A DNA stretch of 52,880 bases. Origin: Erysipelotrichaceae bacterium UBA3379 (GTDB lineage Bacteria > Bacillota_I > Bacilli_A > Erysipelotrichales > Coprobacillaceae). The notes beneath the pieces were generated by a model. That model saw only the letters and a program-made list of their open reading frames with translations, had not been told where the DNA came from and did no database searches. Numbering within the stretch: the first letter of the stretch is position 1; each line of letters starts with the position of its first letter. The stretch spans positions 1 to 52,880 of the forward strand of contig DEPZ01000001.1 of the NCBI GenBank assembly GCA_002359025.1. Reading direction: 5' to 3'. Positions 16,541-26,499 of the stretch are shown here, one piece after another. The position numbers and the translations under genes were made by a program.

Positions 16541-19354
16541 ATGCTAGAAATAAAACATTTATCAAAAATTTATAAAAGTAAAAATAATATTGTCAAAGCA
16601 TTAGATGATATTAATCTGACGATTCAAGATAAAGGTATGATCTTTATCTTAGGTAAAAGTGGGAGTGGAAAATCTACATTATTAAATGTATTAGGTGGTT
16701 TAGATCAATTTGATGAAGGAGAAATTATTATTTGTGGCAAATCTAGTAAAGATTTTAAACAAAGTGATTTTGATTCATACAGAAATACATTTATAGGATT
16801 TATATTCCAAGAATATAATGTTATGGAAAACTTTACTGTTAAAGAAAACATTGCATTGGCCTTACAATTACAAGGAAAAAAAGCAACAAATGAAGCTATA
16901 CAAGATATACTTAAACAAGTAGATTTAGAGAACCTAGGCGATAGAAAACCTAATGAACTTTCAGGTGGACAACTTCAAAGAGTTGCAATCGCGCGTGCAT
17001 TAATCAAAAATCCGGAGATTATTATGGCTGACGAGCCTACTGGTGCATTAGATTCTAAAACAGGAAAACAAGTCTTTGAAACACTTAAAAAGTTATCACA
17101 ACATAAACTTGTTTTAATTGTTTCTCATGATAAAGAATTTGCAAAAAACTATGCTGATCGTATTATTGAATTATCTGATGGAAAGATTATAAGTGATACA
17201 AGTAAAGAAACTTGTCAACCAGATACATTAAGTGATGGTGTGACAATTGTTGATCAACAATTTATTAATATACAAGATACTCAATCTTTATCTCAGCAAG
17301 ATATTCAAAAAATTATTGACGAATTAAAAAAACATTCGGGTGAAACAATTATTTCTTTTAATAAGAATACAAATAGTGAAATTAAGAAAGTGAATCATAT
17401 AGATGAAAATGGTTCTATCGAAGTTTTTCATCCAACAACAGATCAACATCTTCATTTAAAAGACTACACATCAAAAACAATTTCATTTATCAAATCTAAA
17501 TTACCATTTAAAAGTTCTATGAAACTTGCCTTATCTAATCTAAAACTGAAACCATTTCGTTTATTTATGACAATTATGTTATCAGTTGTTTCATTTACTC
17601 TTTTTGGTTTAACAAATACTTTATCTCAATACAATAAAAATATAACAACATATAATTCTGTCAAAGATAGCCAAATAGATTATTTATCTATATCTAAAAA
17701 TGATATTATCAATTATGATGATGAAAACTATTCATATGAATCAGATGCTAAACTCAATACATCTGATATACAGCTTATTCAAGATAAATACAAGAATATA
17801 CCATTTATACAAACATTTGACTCTTCTAATGATGGATATTCAGGTGATTTATCTCTTCATCTTACAAATACAGAAAAAATGTCTGAAACTGAATATCGTT
17901 TAAACAATATATCTCTATCAGCATATGCTTCACTTAATGAAGACATTATAAAGAAAAATGGCTTTACTTTAAAAGGAAAGCTTCCTTCAAACAATAACGA
18001 AATTGTTATTACTGAATATATTGCTGATTCATTTAAAAAGTTTGGATATTCTATTACTGATAGTAAAGGTCAAACAAAGAACTATAAAATTCAAAATTCT
18101 CAAGATTTAATTGGTAAGAAATTAAATGTAACTATTCACCATGAAATTGTACCATTAACAATTACTGGTATTTTAGATACTCATATTGATTTATCTCGTT
18201 ATCAATCCTTAACTGATGATAAAAACAATGATGGTATGTCTTCATATATATTAGAAAGTGAATTCATGCAACTTGCTCATTATGGTTATCACTCTTTAGG
18301 ATATGTTAATAACGAGTTACTTCAAGATATGATTTCAACCTACGCGTCATATCCAACAAATCTTAAAGGATATTATTTAGACTTTATATTAGATGAAAAT
18401 TATTATTCTCCATTCTATTTCTATAACTATAATGATTTAGACAAAGATCATGTCATTGAATTCAACAATAATGGTCAAGTCTATGTCAGCTATGATGCAG
18501 TAAAAGACATAAAAATTGATAAGAATATGACAATTGAAGATTATGTTAACTCTCAAATCACTCAACCTGATAATGAAAAAGAAATGATGAAAGCAATCAA
18601 TAATGCTGTTAAAAAATATCAATCAAAAATTATTACTTCACCATTTAAAATAAGCTATTCAAATTATGATGATTATAAAGAAAATATCATTGATAAAATA
18701 GCTGGTGTCTTTATTGAAACATCAATTGATAAAATACCTACATTTGCATTAAAAGAACCTATGATACAAAAATATCATCTAGAAAAAGAAGGTTACAGCA
18801 AATATATTGTTGCTCCAATGACAGATGATGATACATTAAAAGAAGTCATCTCATATACTTATGATGATGGCATTAAAGAATCAAATTATGCTTTAAATAA
18901 CCAAGTTATGCCAATGATTGTATCAGTGAATAGTGTTGTTGATACACTTGCGTCAGTCTTTCTTGTTGGTGGAGTCGCACTTGCTATATTTGCTTCTGTT
19001 ATGTTCTGTAACTTTATTGCGACAAGTATTGCTAATAAAAAACGTGAAATTGGAATTTTAAGAGCAGTTGGAGCGAGAGGTTTAGATGTCTTAAAGATTT
19101 TCTTAAATGAAAGTTTAATTATTGCTATAATTAACTGGCTATTAGCTGTTATTGTTTGTCTAGCTGGAACAAACTTTATGAATCATTACATTAGAACAAA
19201 ATTCAATGTTCTTGTAACGATTTTAGACTTTGGTCCTTTACAAATTATTGTCATTTTGATTATCTCTATTGCAGTTGCCTTTATTGCTTCAGCATTACCA
19301 GTATTCAATATTTCTCGTAAAAAACCTATAGATGCTATTAAGAATAGAAAATAA
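16541..19354 (+). CDS. Fused ABC ATPase / FtsX-MacB-type permease with a large extracytoplasmic domain
   Basis: Start moved to ATG 16541, which follows GGAGGG. Walker A GKSGSGKST, signature LSGGQLQR. TM near residue 345, a ~440-aa external region, and a C-terminal FtsX three-TM bundle. Confidence 0.85.
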   Translation: MLEIKHLSKIYKSKNNIVKALDDINLTIQDKGMIFILGKSGSGKSTLLNVLGGLDQFDEGEIIICGKSSKDFKQSDFDSYRNTFIGFIFQEYNVMENFTVKENIALALQLQGKKATNEAIQDILKQVDLENLGDRKPNELSGGQLQRVAIARALIKNPEIIMADEPTGALDSKTGKQVFETLKKLSQHKLVLIVSHDKEFAKNYADRIIELSDGKIISDTSKETCQPDTLSDGVTIVDQQFINIQDTQSLSQQDIQKIIDELKKHSGETIISFNKNTNSEIKKVNHIDENGSIEVFHPTTDQHLHLKDYTSKTISFIKSKLPFKSSMKLALSNLKLKPFRLFMTIMLSVVSFTLFGLTNTLSQYNKNITTYNSVKDSQIDYLSISKNDIINYDDENYSYESDAKLNTSDIQLIQDKYKNIPFIQTFDSSNDGYSGDLSLHLTNTEKMSETEYRLNNISLSAYASLNEDIIKKNGFTLKGKLPSNNNEIVITEYIADSFKKFGYSITDSKGQTKNYKIQNSQDLIGKKLNVTIHHEIVPLTITGILDTHIDLSRYQSLTDDKNNDGMSSYILESEFMQLAHYGYHSLGYVNNELLQDMISTYASYPTNLKGYYLDFILDENYYSPFYFYNYNDLDKDHVIEFNNNGQVYVSYDAVKDIKIDKNMTIEDYVNSQITQPDNEKEMMKAINNAVKKYQSKIITSPFKISYSNYDDYKENIIDKIAGVFIETSIDKIPTFALKEPMIQKYHLEKEGYSKYIVAPMTDDDTLKEVISYTYDDGIKESNYALNNQVMPMIVSVNSVVDTLASVFLVGGVALAIFASVMFCNFIATSIANKKREIGILRAVGARGLDVLKIFLNESLIIAIINWLLAVIVCLAGTNFMNHYIRTKFNVLVTILDFGPLQIIVILIISIAVAFIASALPVFNISRKKPIDAIKNRK

Positions 19355-19380
19355 GCAAGCCAAAACGGCTTGCTTTTTAT
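19353..19380. terminator. Bidirectional terminator between the ABC/FtsX gene and hslO
   Basis: AAGCAAGCC (19353-19361) pairs with GGCTTGCTT (19367-19375), then TTTT. Confidence 0.7.
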
Positions 19381-19411
19381 AAACATATCAAACAAAAATT
19401 ATTAAATATCT

Positions 19412-20281
19412 CTACATTTGATTTAATAGTTCTTTTAATTCTTCTTCACTAAACTGATATTTTGTATTACAGAAATGACATGTCATTTCACAACCATGAT
19501 CTTCATCAATCATAGCTTGAATTTCTTCTTTACCAACAGTCATTAATGCACTTGTCATTTTTTCTTTAGAACAATCACACTCAAAGAATAAATCTTGTGT
19601 ATCTAAGATTTCAACGTCATCAAAAATCATTTTTAATATTTCTTCTGGAGTTTTTCCTTCATGTACTAAAGAAGATACAGGTGGAAAATCTTTCATTTTC
19701 TCTTCAATATATTGAATATCTTCTTCACTTGCTTCTGGTAACAACTGAATAATAAATCCTCCACTAGAAAGAATTTCATTCGTATCATTGACCAATACAC
19801 CTACTGAAACAACAGATGGTATTTGTTCAGAAGCCATAAAATAATATGAGAAATCATCTCCAATTTCACCACTACTTAAAGGAACTGTTCCAACAAACGG
19901 TTCTTTTAATCCCATATCTTTAATAACTTGAAGTGTTCCTTCTTTACCAACAGCATACCCTACAGCTAATTTTCCTGTATCATTATATGTATAATGTACT
20001 TCAGGATTGGCTGCAAAAGCTTTAATTTTCCCATCACTATTTGTTGATGCTAATAAAGTTCCAATAGGACCACCACCATTAATTGTAACAGTCATTTTTT
20101 CATGGTTTTTATTCATAGCACCCATCATTAATGTCGCTGACATCAAACGACCTAATGCCGCTGAAGCAGTTGGCCATAATCCATGTTTTTGTCTTGCAAC
20201 TTCTAATAGATTTGTTGTTGTACAAGCAAACACACGACAATTCTTAGATTCTACAATACCTCTTACTAAATAATCTTTCAT
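19412..20281 (-). CDS. hslO: Redox-regulated chaperone Hsp33
   Basis: 289 aa with the C-terminal zinc centre CDCS...CHFC. Confidence 0.93.
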   Translation of the reverse strand: MKDYLVRGIVESKNCRVFACTTTNLLEVARQKHGLWPTASAALGRLMSATLMMGAMNKNHEKMTVTINGGGPIGTLLASTNSDGKIKAFAANPEVHYTYNDTGKLAVGYAVGKEGTLQVIKDMGLKEPFVGTVPLSSGEIGDDFSYYFMASEQIPSVVSVGVLVNDTNEILSSGGFIIQLLPEASEEDIQYIEEKMKDFPPVSSLVHEGKTPEEILKMIFDDVEILDTQDLFFECDCSKEKMTSALMTVGKEEIQAMIDEDHGCEMTCHFCNTKYQFSEEELKELLNQM

Positions 20282-20284
20282 ACT

Positions 20285-20377
20285 CTAACCTCCAAATGCA
20301 AAATAGCTTAACAAAGGAATAATCATACACAATATAATAATACATACTAATAATTTACTCATTGTACTTCTTTTCAT
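20285..20377 (-). CDS. 30-aa hydrophobic small ORF upstream of hslO
   Basis: AAGGAG RBS 7 nt before the ATG. Product MKRSTMSKLLVCIIILCMIIPLLSYFAFGG. Its stop lies 3 nt before the hslO ATG, and its last codons contain the hslO SD. Confidence 0.3.
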   Translation of the reverse strand: MKRSTMSKLLVCIIILCMIIPLLSYFAFGG

Positions 20378-20390
20378 AATTTTCTCCTTG

Positions 20391-20418
20391 CACAAAAATA
20401 AGCGCATAGCGCTTATTT
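20391..20418 (-). terminator. Terminator overlapping the ftsH stop codon
   Basis: AATAAGCGC (20397-20405) pairs with GCGCTTATT (20409-20417); a U-run follows on the minus strand. Confidence 0.7.
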
Positions 20419-22362
20419 CATTTCATCTAATAAATCATCATCCAAATCAACAGGTGCAGACTCTTCTATTGGAGGATTTTGATTGTCATGATCATCATGA
20501 CCATCTTGTGTTTCTAACATATGCCCTGTATTATATAAAGATTCAATTTGTTCATTATTTAATGTTTCATATTCTAATAAAGCATTAGCAATGATTTCTA
20601 ATTTATCTTTTTGTTCAGTAATGATTTTTCTACATTCTTCATAACATTCATCAATAATCTTACGAACTTGTTTATCAATTTCATAAGCGATTTGACCAGA
20701 ATGTGTATTACTTGTAGATGAATAATCTCTTCCTAAGAAGACAGCATCTTGACCTGATGCATATTTAATAGGCCCTAAATCAGACATACCTAATTCAGTA
20801 ACCATCAATCTTGCAATACGTGTTGCTTGCTCAATATCATTATGAGCACCTGTAGTCACATCACCAAAGAAGACTTCTTCAGCCACACGTCCACCCATAT
20901 ATCCAGTAATGCTTGCCATTAATTGTGATTTTGTTTGGAAATATGTTTCTTCTTTCGGTGTCATTAAGTTATATCCACCAGCTTCACCACGTGGAATGAT
21001 TGTAACTTTTTGCACTTTATTTGCATCTTCTAAAGTCAATCCAATAATCGCATGTCCTGACTCATGATATGCAACAAGTTTTCTTTCTTTTTCAGTGTAT
21101 TTACGAGATTTTTTAGCAGGTCCACCGATAACACGATCGATTGCTTCATCTACATCTTCTAATGTAATTAATTTATGATTTTGTCTAACAGCAAGCAATG
21201 CTGCTTCATTTAATACGTTAGCAAGTTCAGCACCTGAGAATCCTGGTGTACGTTGTGCAATATTATCGAAATTAACATCTGAAGTAAATTTCTTATTTCT
21301 TGCATGTACGCGTAAGATTGCAGCTCTTGCTTTCTTATCTGGATTAGCAACCATGATTTGTCTATCAAAACGACCAGGTCTTAAAAGTGCAGGGTCTAAG
21401 ACATCAGCACGGTTTGTAGCAGCTAAGATAATAATACCTTCATTACCACTAAATCCATCCATTTCTACTAATAACTGGTTCAATGTTTGTTCACGTTCAT
21501 CATGACCCCCACCTACACCAGTTCCTCTTTGACGACCAACAGCATCGATTTCGTCAATAAAGATGATACATGGAGCATTTTGTTTTGCTTTTTTAAACAT
21601 ATCACGCACACGTCCAGCACCAACACCGACGAACATTTCTACGAATTCAGAACCTGAAATTGAATAAAATGGAACATTTGCTTCACCAGCAACAGCTCTA
21701 GCAAGTAAAGTTTTCCCTGTACCTGGTGGACCAACAAGTAAAACACCTCTAGGAATTTTAGCGCCCATATTGACAAATTTCTTTGGATTTTTTAAGAAAT
21801 CAACCAATTCTGTTAATTCTTCTTTTTCTTCATCAGCTCCAGCAACATCACTGAATCTAGTTTTACTATCTTTTTCTAATTTTGCACGAGAGTTTCCAAA
21901 GTCAAATGCTTTCGCATTGGCTCCACCTCCGCCTCCAATGCTCTTCATCACAAAGAACATTGCTCCAATTAATAAGACATATGGTAAGATACCAAGTAGA
22001 ACATCCATAAGCATATTTTCACTTTTTGCATCTAGGACTTCTACATTAATATTTTTGTCTTCTAAAAATTGCATTAAAGAATTAATTTCTTCATCTGTTT
22101 TAGGAACATTTGTTTCAAAAGTATTTGTAACTTCTTTACCATCTTTCTTTGTTTTATATGTTCCTTCTACCTTTGTTACATATACACCTGGCATGATTGA
22201 AACTTCTTCAACATCTTGTTTGTTGATAATTGTAACAAATTCATTATAGTTAACATGTGCAGTCGCTCCAGTATTCAGCAACGGAACAAGAGCACTCAAC
22301 AACATAATGACAACAAGCCATGGCAATATTGCTTTCATTAAGCTTTTATTTTTATTGTTCAT
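20413..22362 (-). CDS. ftsH: ATP-dependent zinc metalloprotease FtsH
   Basis: 649 aa: AAA+ Walker [19 protein letters not shown] zinc site. Confidence 0.97.
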   Translation of the reverse strand: MNNKNKSLMKAILPWLVVIMLLSALVPLLNTGATAHVNYNEFVTIINKQDVEEVSIMPGVYVTKVEGTYKTKKDGKEVTNTFETNVPKTDEEINSLMQFLEDKNINVEVLDAKSENMLMDVLLGILPYVLLIGAMFFVMKSIGGGGGANAKAFDFGNSRAKLEKDSKTRFSDVAGADEEKEELTELVDFLKNPKKFVNMGAKIPRGVLLVGPPGTGKTLLARAVAGEANVPFYSISGSEFVEMFVGVGAGRVRDMFKKAKQNAPCIIFIDEIDAVGRQRGTGVGGGHDEREQTLNQLLVEMDGFSGNEGIIILAATNRADVLDPALLRPGRFDRQIMVANPDKKARAAILRVHARNKKFTSDVNFDNIAQRTPGFSGAELANVLNEAALLAVRQNHKLITLEDVDEAIDRVIGGPAKKSRKYTEKERKLVAYHESGHAIIGLTLEDANKVQKVTIIPRGEAGGYNLMTPKEETYFQTKSQLMASITGYMGGRVAEEVFFGDVTTGAHNDIEQATRIARLMVTELGMSDLGPIKYASGQDAVFLGRDYSSTSNTHSGQIAYEIDKQVRKIIDECYEECRKIITEQKDKLEIIANALLEYETLNNEQIESLYNTGHMLETQDGHDDHDNQNPPIEESAPVDLDDDLLDEMK

Positions 22363-22375
22363 AGGTTCTCCTTTT

Positions 22376-22906
22376 CTATTGATAACATTCTTCTTTTAAT
22401 ATACCTACATAAGGTAAATTTCTATACTTCTCATTAAAGTCTAGTCCAAATCCAATCACAAATGCATTAGGAATTTCAAAGCCAACATATTTTGCTTCAA
22501 TTGGATATACTCTTCCTTCTTTTTTATCTAACAATGTCACAATTTCTACAGAAGAAGCTCCTCTTTCTTCTAACATTGCTTTTACAGTCGATAATGTTTT
22601 CCCTGTATCTAAAATATCTTCAACAAGTAAAATATCTTTTCCTTCTACATCTTGATCTAAATCTTGTTTAATTGCAAGTGAGCAAGATTGTACACCTTCA
22701 TAACTACTCACATCCATATAACCAAAAGTAATATCAAGTTCAATATTCTTAGAAAGTTCAGCTAAAAAAGGAACAGATCCTTTCAATAATCCCACTAAAA
22801 TCAATTCTTTTCCTTGATAATCATTGTCTATACGTTTTGCTAATTCTTTACATTTTGCACTAATTTCTTCTTGTGAAATTAATATTTCTTTAACATCTTT
22901 ATGCAT
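22376..22906 (-). CDS. hpt: Hypoxanthine phosphoribosyltransferase
   Basis: 176 aa with the PRPP-binding loop LLVEDILDTGKT. tilS-hpt-ftsH synteny. Confidence 0.93.
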   Translation of the reverse strand: MHKDVKEILISQEEISAKCKELAKRIDNDYQGKELILVGLLKGSVPFLAELSKNIELDITFGYMDVSSYEGVQSCSLAIKQDLDQDVEGKDILLVEDILDTGKTLSTVKAMLEERGASSVEIVTLLDKKEGRVYPIEAKYVGFEIPNAFVIGFGLDFNEKYRNLPYVGILKEECYQ

Positions 22907-22932
22907 TCCATTTCACTCCTTATAACGATTAC

Positions 22933-24183
22933 TTATTTTATCACAAATACATTAGGTTTTGTAGTCAAATAATCAATGTTTTTTGCAATATGTGGAACTA
23001 AAACTATTGTTTGGTCTTTGTTTAAAACAACTGGCCATGTTTTTCGTTTTAAAGCAGGTATTTTTGCATTAATAAACAACCTCGATAACTTCTTTGTACC
23101 TGAAGCTGTCATAATACAATCTCCTTCTTTCATTGTCCTAATCGTAATAGGATAGTCATCTTTGCTCAAATAAACACCTTCATTGATATGACCATGTTCT
23201 AATAAATGAAAATGTTCACAACCAAAGAGTGTAAACTCTTTAAATTCATAACAATAACTCTTTGTTTGATCTTTATCGATGATATAGATATTATCGTATT
23301 CTTTTATGAACAGATAATTAACTGGAAGATTCATTTGAATATTTGGTTTCACACTATGAATCTGATGTTTAATTTCTTCTATTAATGAACATGAAATTAA
23401 TGTTGGATGCATAACATCTTTTAAAATCAAATATAAAAATATTTCTCTTAATTCTTTAGGAATATAGTAATAATAGATTTGCCCATCTGATTTATATTGT
23501 TGGTAATATGGTTTAACTTTAAACTCTAATTCCTTAACTCTTTGATTATGTTTTGTAGCTTTTTCAATTAAAGATATTTTTTCTTCCTTTGAATAATGAC
23601 ACATAACAGTATTACGTACTTTATCACGTTCAAATTCTGTTTCAAAATTTGTATAGTCATCACGATAAGGAATTCCCTCTTTATGACAAATATTTCTAAT
23701 ATCCTCTTTATACATATCCATTAATGGTCTAATCACACGCATACCTTTCACTCTATTTTCTGATCTAATGCCTAAATAATGAATGGTATTATGATGTTGA
23801 AGCTGCATATAAATTGTTTCTAAATTATCATCAAGATGATGTCCAAGTATTACACCATCACATTTATATAACTGATATATCTCTTTATAAAAGTCATAAC
23901 GTAGACTTCTTGCCTTAGCTTGAAAATTGCCCTCATGATAATCATTTTCATGAAAAACTTTATAATAAAATGGCAAAGCATGTTTTGCACAATATTCACA
24001 TACAAGCTCATAATCCTGATAACTATCATGACGTAAGTTATAATTGACATGAGCAACCAGTAGCTTATAACCTAATTGTCGAAGTGTATCAAGTAAATAC
24101 ATAGAATCACATCCACCTGAAACACCAATTACATAATATTTTTCTTTATCTAATAAATTTAAATTCACTTTTATCACATCCAT
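22933..24183 (-). CDS. tilS: tRNA(Ile)-lysidine synthetase
   Basis: PP-loop VGVSGGCDS at the N-terminus, 416 aa, conserved position. Confidence 0.9.
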   Translation of the reverse strand: MDVIKVNLNLLDKEKYYVIGVSGGCDSMYLLDTLRQLGYKLLVAHVNYNLRHDSYQDYELVCEYCAKHALPFYYKVFHENDYHEGNFQAKARSLRYDFYKEIYQLYKCDGVILGHHLDDNLETIYMQLQHHNTIHYLGIRSENRVKGMRVIRPLMDMYKEDIRNICHKEGIPYRDDYTNFETEFERDKVRNTVMCHYSKEEKISLIEKATKHNQRVKELEFKVKPYYQQYKSDGQIYYYYIPKELREIFLYLILKDVMHPTLISCSLIEEIKHQIHSVKPNIQMNLPVNYLFIKEYDNIYIIDKDQTKSYCYEFKEFTLFGCEHFHLLEHGHINEGVYLSKDDYPITIRTMKEGDCIMTASGTKKLSRLFINAKIPALKRKTWPVVLNKDQTIVLVPHIAKNIDYLTTKPNVFVIK

Positions 24184-24234
24184 CCCAATTATAACAAAGA
24201 AATCACATCAAAAAAAGACGTACATACGTCTTTT

Positions 24235-26439
24235 CTATTGTTTACATAATTTCAATACAATTAATGTCATATCATCAACTCTATTTTCTGGTTTAGAAAG
24301 ATGAGTTAATAAATGAGCAATTTCTTTAGGATGATCTTCATCTATTAAATATTGATTTTCTTTTAGAAAAGAATAAAAATCACATTGTATTCCATCACTC
24401 ATAATAAATATAATATCATTCTCTACTAATTGTATTTTTTGCGTATATGTTTCTAAAGGAGAAACAATGCCCATAGGTAGTGTCTTTGCTTTAACTTCAA
24501 TAATCTCATGATTTCTTAATATATATGATGGACAAGATCCATACTTCACAAAATAAGCTAATCCTTGTACAAGATTCACCTGTAACATATCAAGTGTCGT
24601 AAACATATCATTTCTATTTTTAATCTTTAATAATGCATTAACTGATTGTATTGTATCCTTTAAAGAAATCCCATTCATAATCAGTTGTTTAATCACATCT
24701 AAAGTCAGCTTTGAATCATCACTTGCCTTTTGTCCCTGACCCATACCATCACTCAATGCAAAATATTGATTTTCATTCATAGAAAAAAATGTATAACTAT
24801 CACCACAAGCAACTGTTTCTTTAGCATATTGACTCACTCCGTATTGAACATAGTATTTCGCATGATGTTTCAATACAACATAAGTATAGCCTAATTGATG
24901 CATCGGTGTTTTTAACACTTGTATATCTAAACTTTCATTTAAATAAGTTTCTAGTATAGGCACAAGTTCATTTTCTATTTCATTTTTACTGACTTCATAT
25001 AAACCTATTTCTATATAATATATTGATTGTGATTCATAGTATTTTTTTAAATGAGCGATTTGAAAGTGATATCCTCTTAAATGTTCGTAGATATGTTTTT
25101 CTTCTACATTTCCTAATTGTAATTGATGGGAGAATTGATTAAAGACATCATTTAATAAAGAAAATTGATGATATAAATCTTTTCTCATTGTCTGGTATTC
25201 TTGTTGGATACGATAAACTTTATGATAGTCTTTATGATAATCTTCTATACTTTGTATATATTTTTGTGGTTGTAAGCAATACTGATGAATAAATTCTAAA
25301 TCTTCTTGATTATACTTTTCTTTTAAGCCTTTATTCATTAATTTTACCAAACGATTAGGACCATATTTTTGATGGAAACATGTAGATTGACTACTACAAT
25401 TTTGACAAACATCTTCATATATGTAACCGATATATTCTAAAGAATGATTATGTAAGGGCGTTTCATTAAATAGAGCAGTCATTTGTTCAAACAGATGACA
25501 AAAAGCATCTACTTGTTTAAAGACTTGTTGTTTCATTGTCATTTCCTGATAAGACGATGATAGAACAGGCTTGTATTTATGAATGGGTATAACCGCAAAA
25601 ATCAAACCACTTGCAACAATAATAAGACCATAATACTGATAAGAGAAATCCACAAAAAATGGTAGAATTAAATGAGAAAGAAAATAGAGTACTGTAATTG
25701 TTAGCTTGGTTTTACATTTCAGCATATAAAAGAAAAATAACGGTACCAGTAAAGTCAAAATATCATCTTTATATCCTTGATTGATAAGTAACATCAACAT
25801 AGATACATAAAATAATCCCGGTAACAAATCATCCTGACACTCATGATAAATCATCACCAATACAAACACTCTAAGCAAAATCATTGTAAGTTCTGTAGAA
25901 TAAGGTAATAAACTCATAATACACACCATAATCACAACAACCAATGCCTTCATACGTTCATGTGTCAACAATTCCGCCTCACCATGCATAAACAAAGGAG
26001 CTAAATATGCAAAAATCACAGTATTACAATATGTTAATAATGTCATAAGTAATGTCGAAAGCAAATATAACTCGCTATAAGCATAGTACACCCCTGCAAT
26101 CAAAGTTATTAAATAAGGAATATATCTTGCTTTCATAGACTGGAATATGAGACAAAACTGTAATAACACAAAAGTAATCATACACATAATAACAAGATCA
26201 AAAGAGCGATACAATAAGACATATCCTATTAATCCAATAAAAAAACTAAATAATGTCCTATACCCACACATAAAACATAAATAAAAGAAAGGTAATACAA
26301 ATAATAATGATGTTTTATGTATGTGTACTAATGATATTAAAAAAGATATGCATATGATATAAATCATGAATTGTAGTTTTATTCTTTTCATGCGACTTTC
26401 ATTGATTATCAATTCCATAAGAATCACCTCAAAACTCAT
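24235..26439 (-). CDS. spoIIE: Stage II sporulation protein E (membrane PP2C phosphatase)
   Basis: About 10 N-terminal TM segments plus a C-terminal PP2C domain (CGDSY...LSDGMGQG). Located upstream of tilS as in Bacillus. The exact start is uncertain. Confidence 0.8.
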   Translation of the reverse strand: MSFEVILMELIINESRMKRIKLQFMIYIICISFLISLVHIHKTSLLFVLPFFYLCFMCGYRTLFSFFIGLIGYVLLYRSFDLVIMCMITFVLLQFCLIFQSMKARYIPYLITLIAGVYYAYSELYLLSTLLMTLLTYCNTVIFAYLAPLFMHGEAELLTHERMKALVVVIMVCIMSLLPYSTELTMILLRVFVLVMIYHECQDDLLPGLFYVSMLMLLINQGYKDDILTLLVPLFFFYMLKCKTKLTITVLYFLSHLILPFFVDFSYQYYGLIIVASGLIFAVIPIHKYKPVLSSSYQEMTMKQQVFKQVDAFCHLFEQMTALFNETPLHNHSLEYIGYIYEDVCQNCSSQSTCFHQKYGPNRLVKLMNKGLKEKYNQEDLEFIHQYCLQPQKYIQSIEDYHKDYHKVYRIQQEYQTMRKDLYHQFSLLNDVFNQFSHQLQLGNVEEKHIYEHLRGYHFQIAHLKKYYESQSIYYIEIGLYEVSKNEIENELVPILETYLNESLDIQVLKTPMHQLGYTYVVLKHHAKYYVQYGVSQYAKETVACGDSYTFFSMNENQYFALSDGMGQGQKASDDSKLTLDVIKQLIMNGISLKDTIQSVNALLKIKNRNDMFTTLDMLQVNLVQGLAYFVKYGSCPSYILRNHEIIEVKAKTLPMGIVSPLETYTQKIQLVENDIIFIMSDGIQCDFYSFLKENQYLIDEDHPKEIAHLLTHLSKPENRVDDMTLIVLKLCKQ

Positions 26440-26499
26440 TATAGTCTGAATGAAGTAAATTATTTGTCAGTTTTGAGATTAAAGAAAAGGAATTTTATT

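Noticed and set aside
21770-22249. 159-aa ORF antisense to ftsH. Similar antisense or shadow ORFs: 7982-8197, 10582-10821, 10954-11160, 12390-12575, 13109-13318, 13430-13654, 13752-13934, 14767-14991, 15441-15829, 17700-17903, 18437-18622, 19186-19395, 20007-20273, 20388-20588, 23850-24056, 26574-26771, 30189-30386, 35859-36071, 37750-38149, 39194-39418, 39701-39934, 40485-40730, 40912-41130, 41666-41854, 42341-42801, 42850-43071, 44053-44247, 48064-48495, 48660-48863, 49478-49738, 50505-50786, 50927-51121, 6037-6288
   Set aside because: All lie inside, or antisense to, clearly recognisable conserved genes. They have low-complexity or AT-codon-biased products, lack RBSs, and are typical shadow ORFs of AT-rich DNA.
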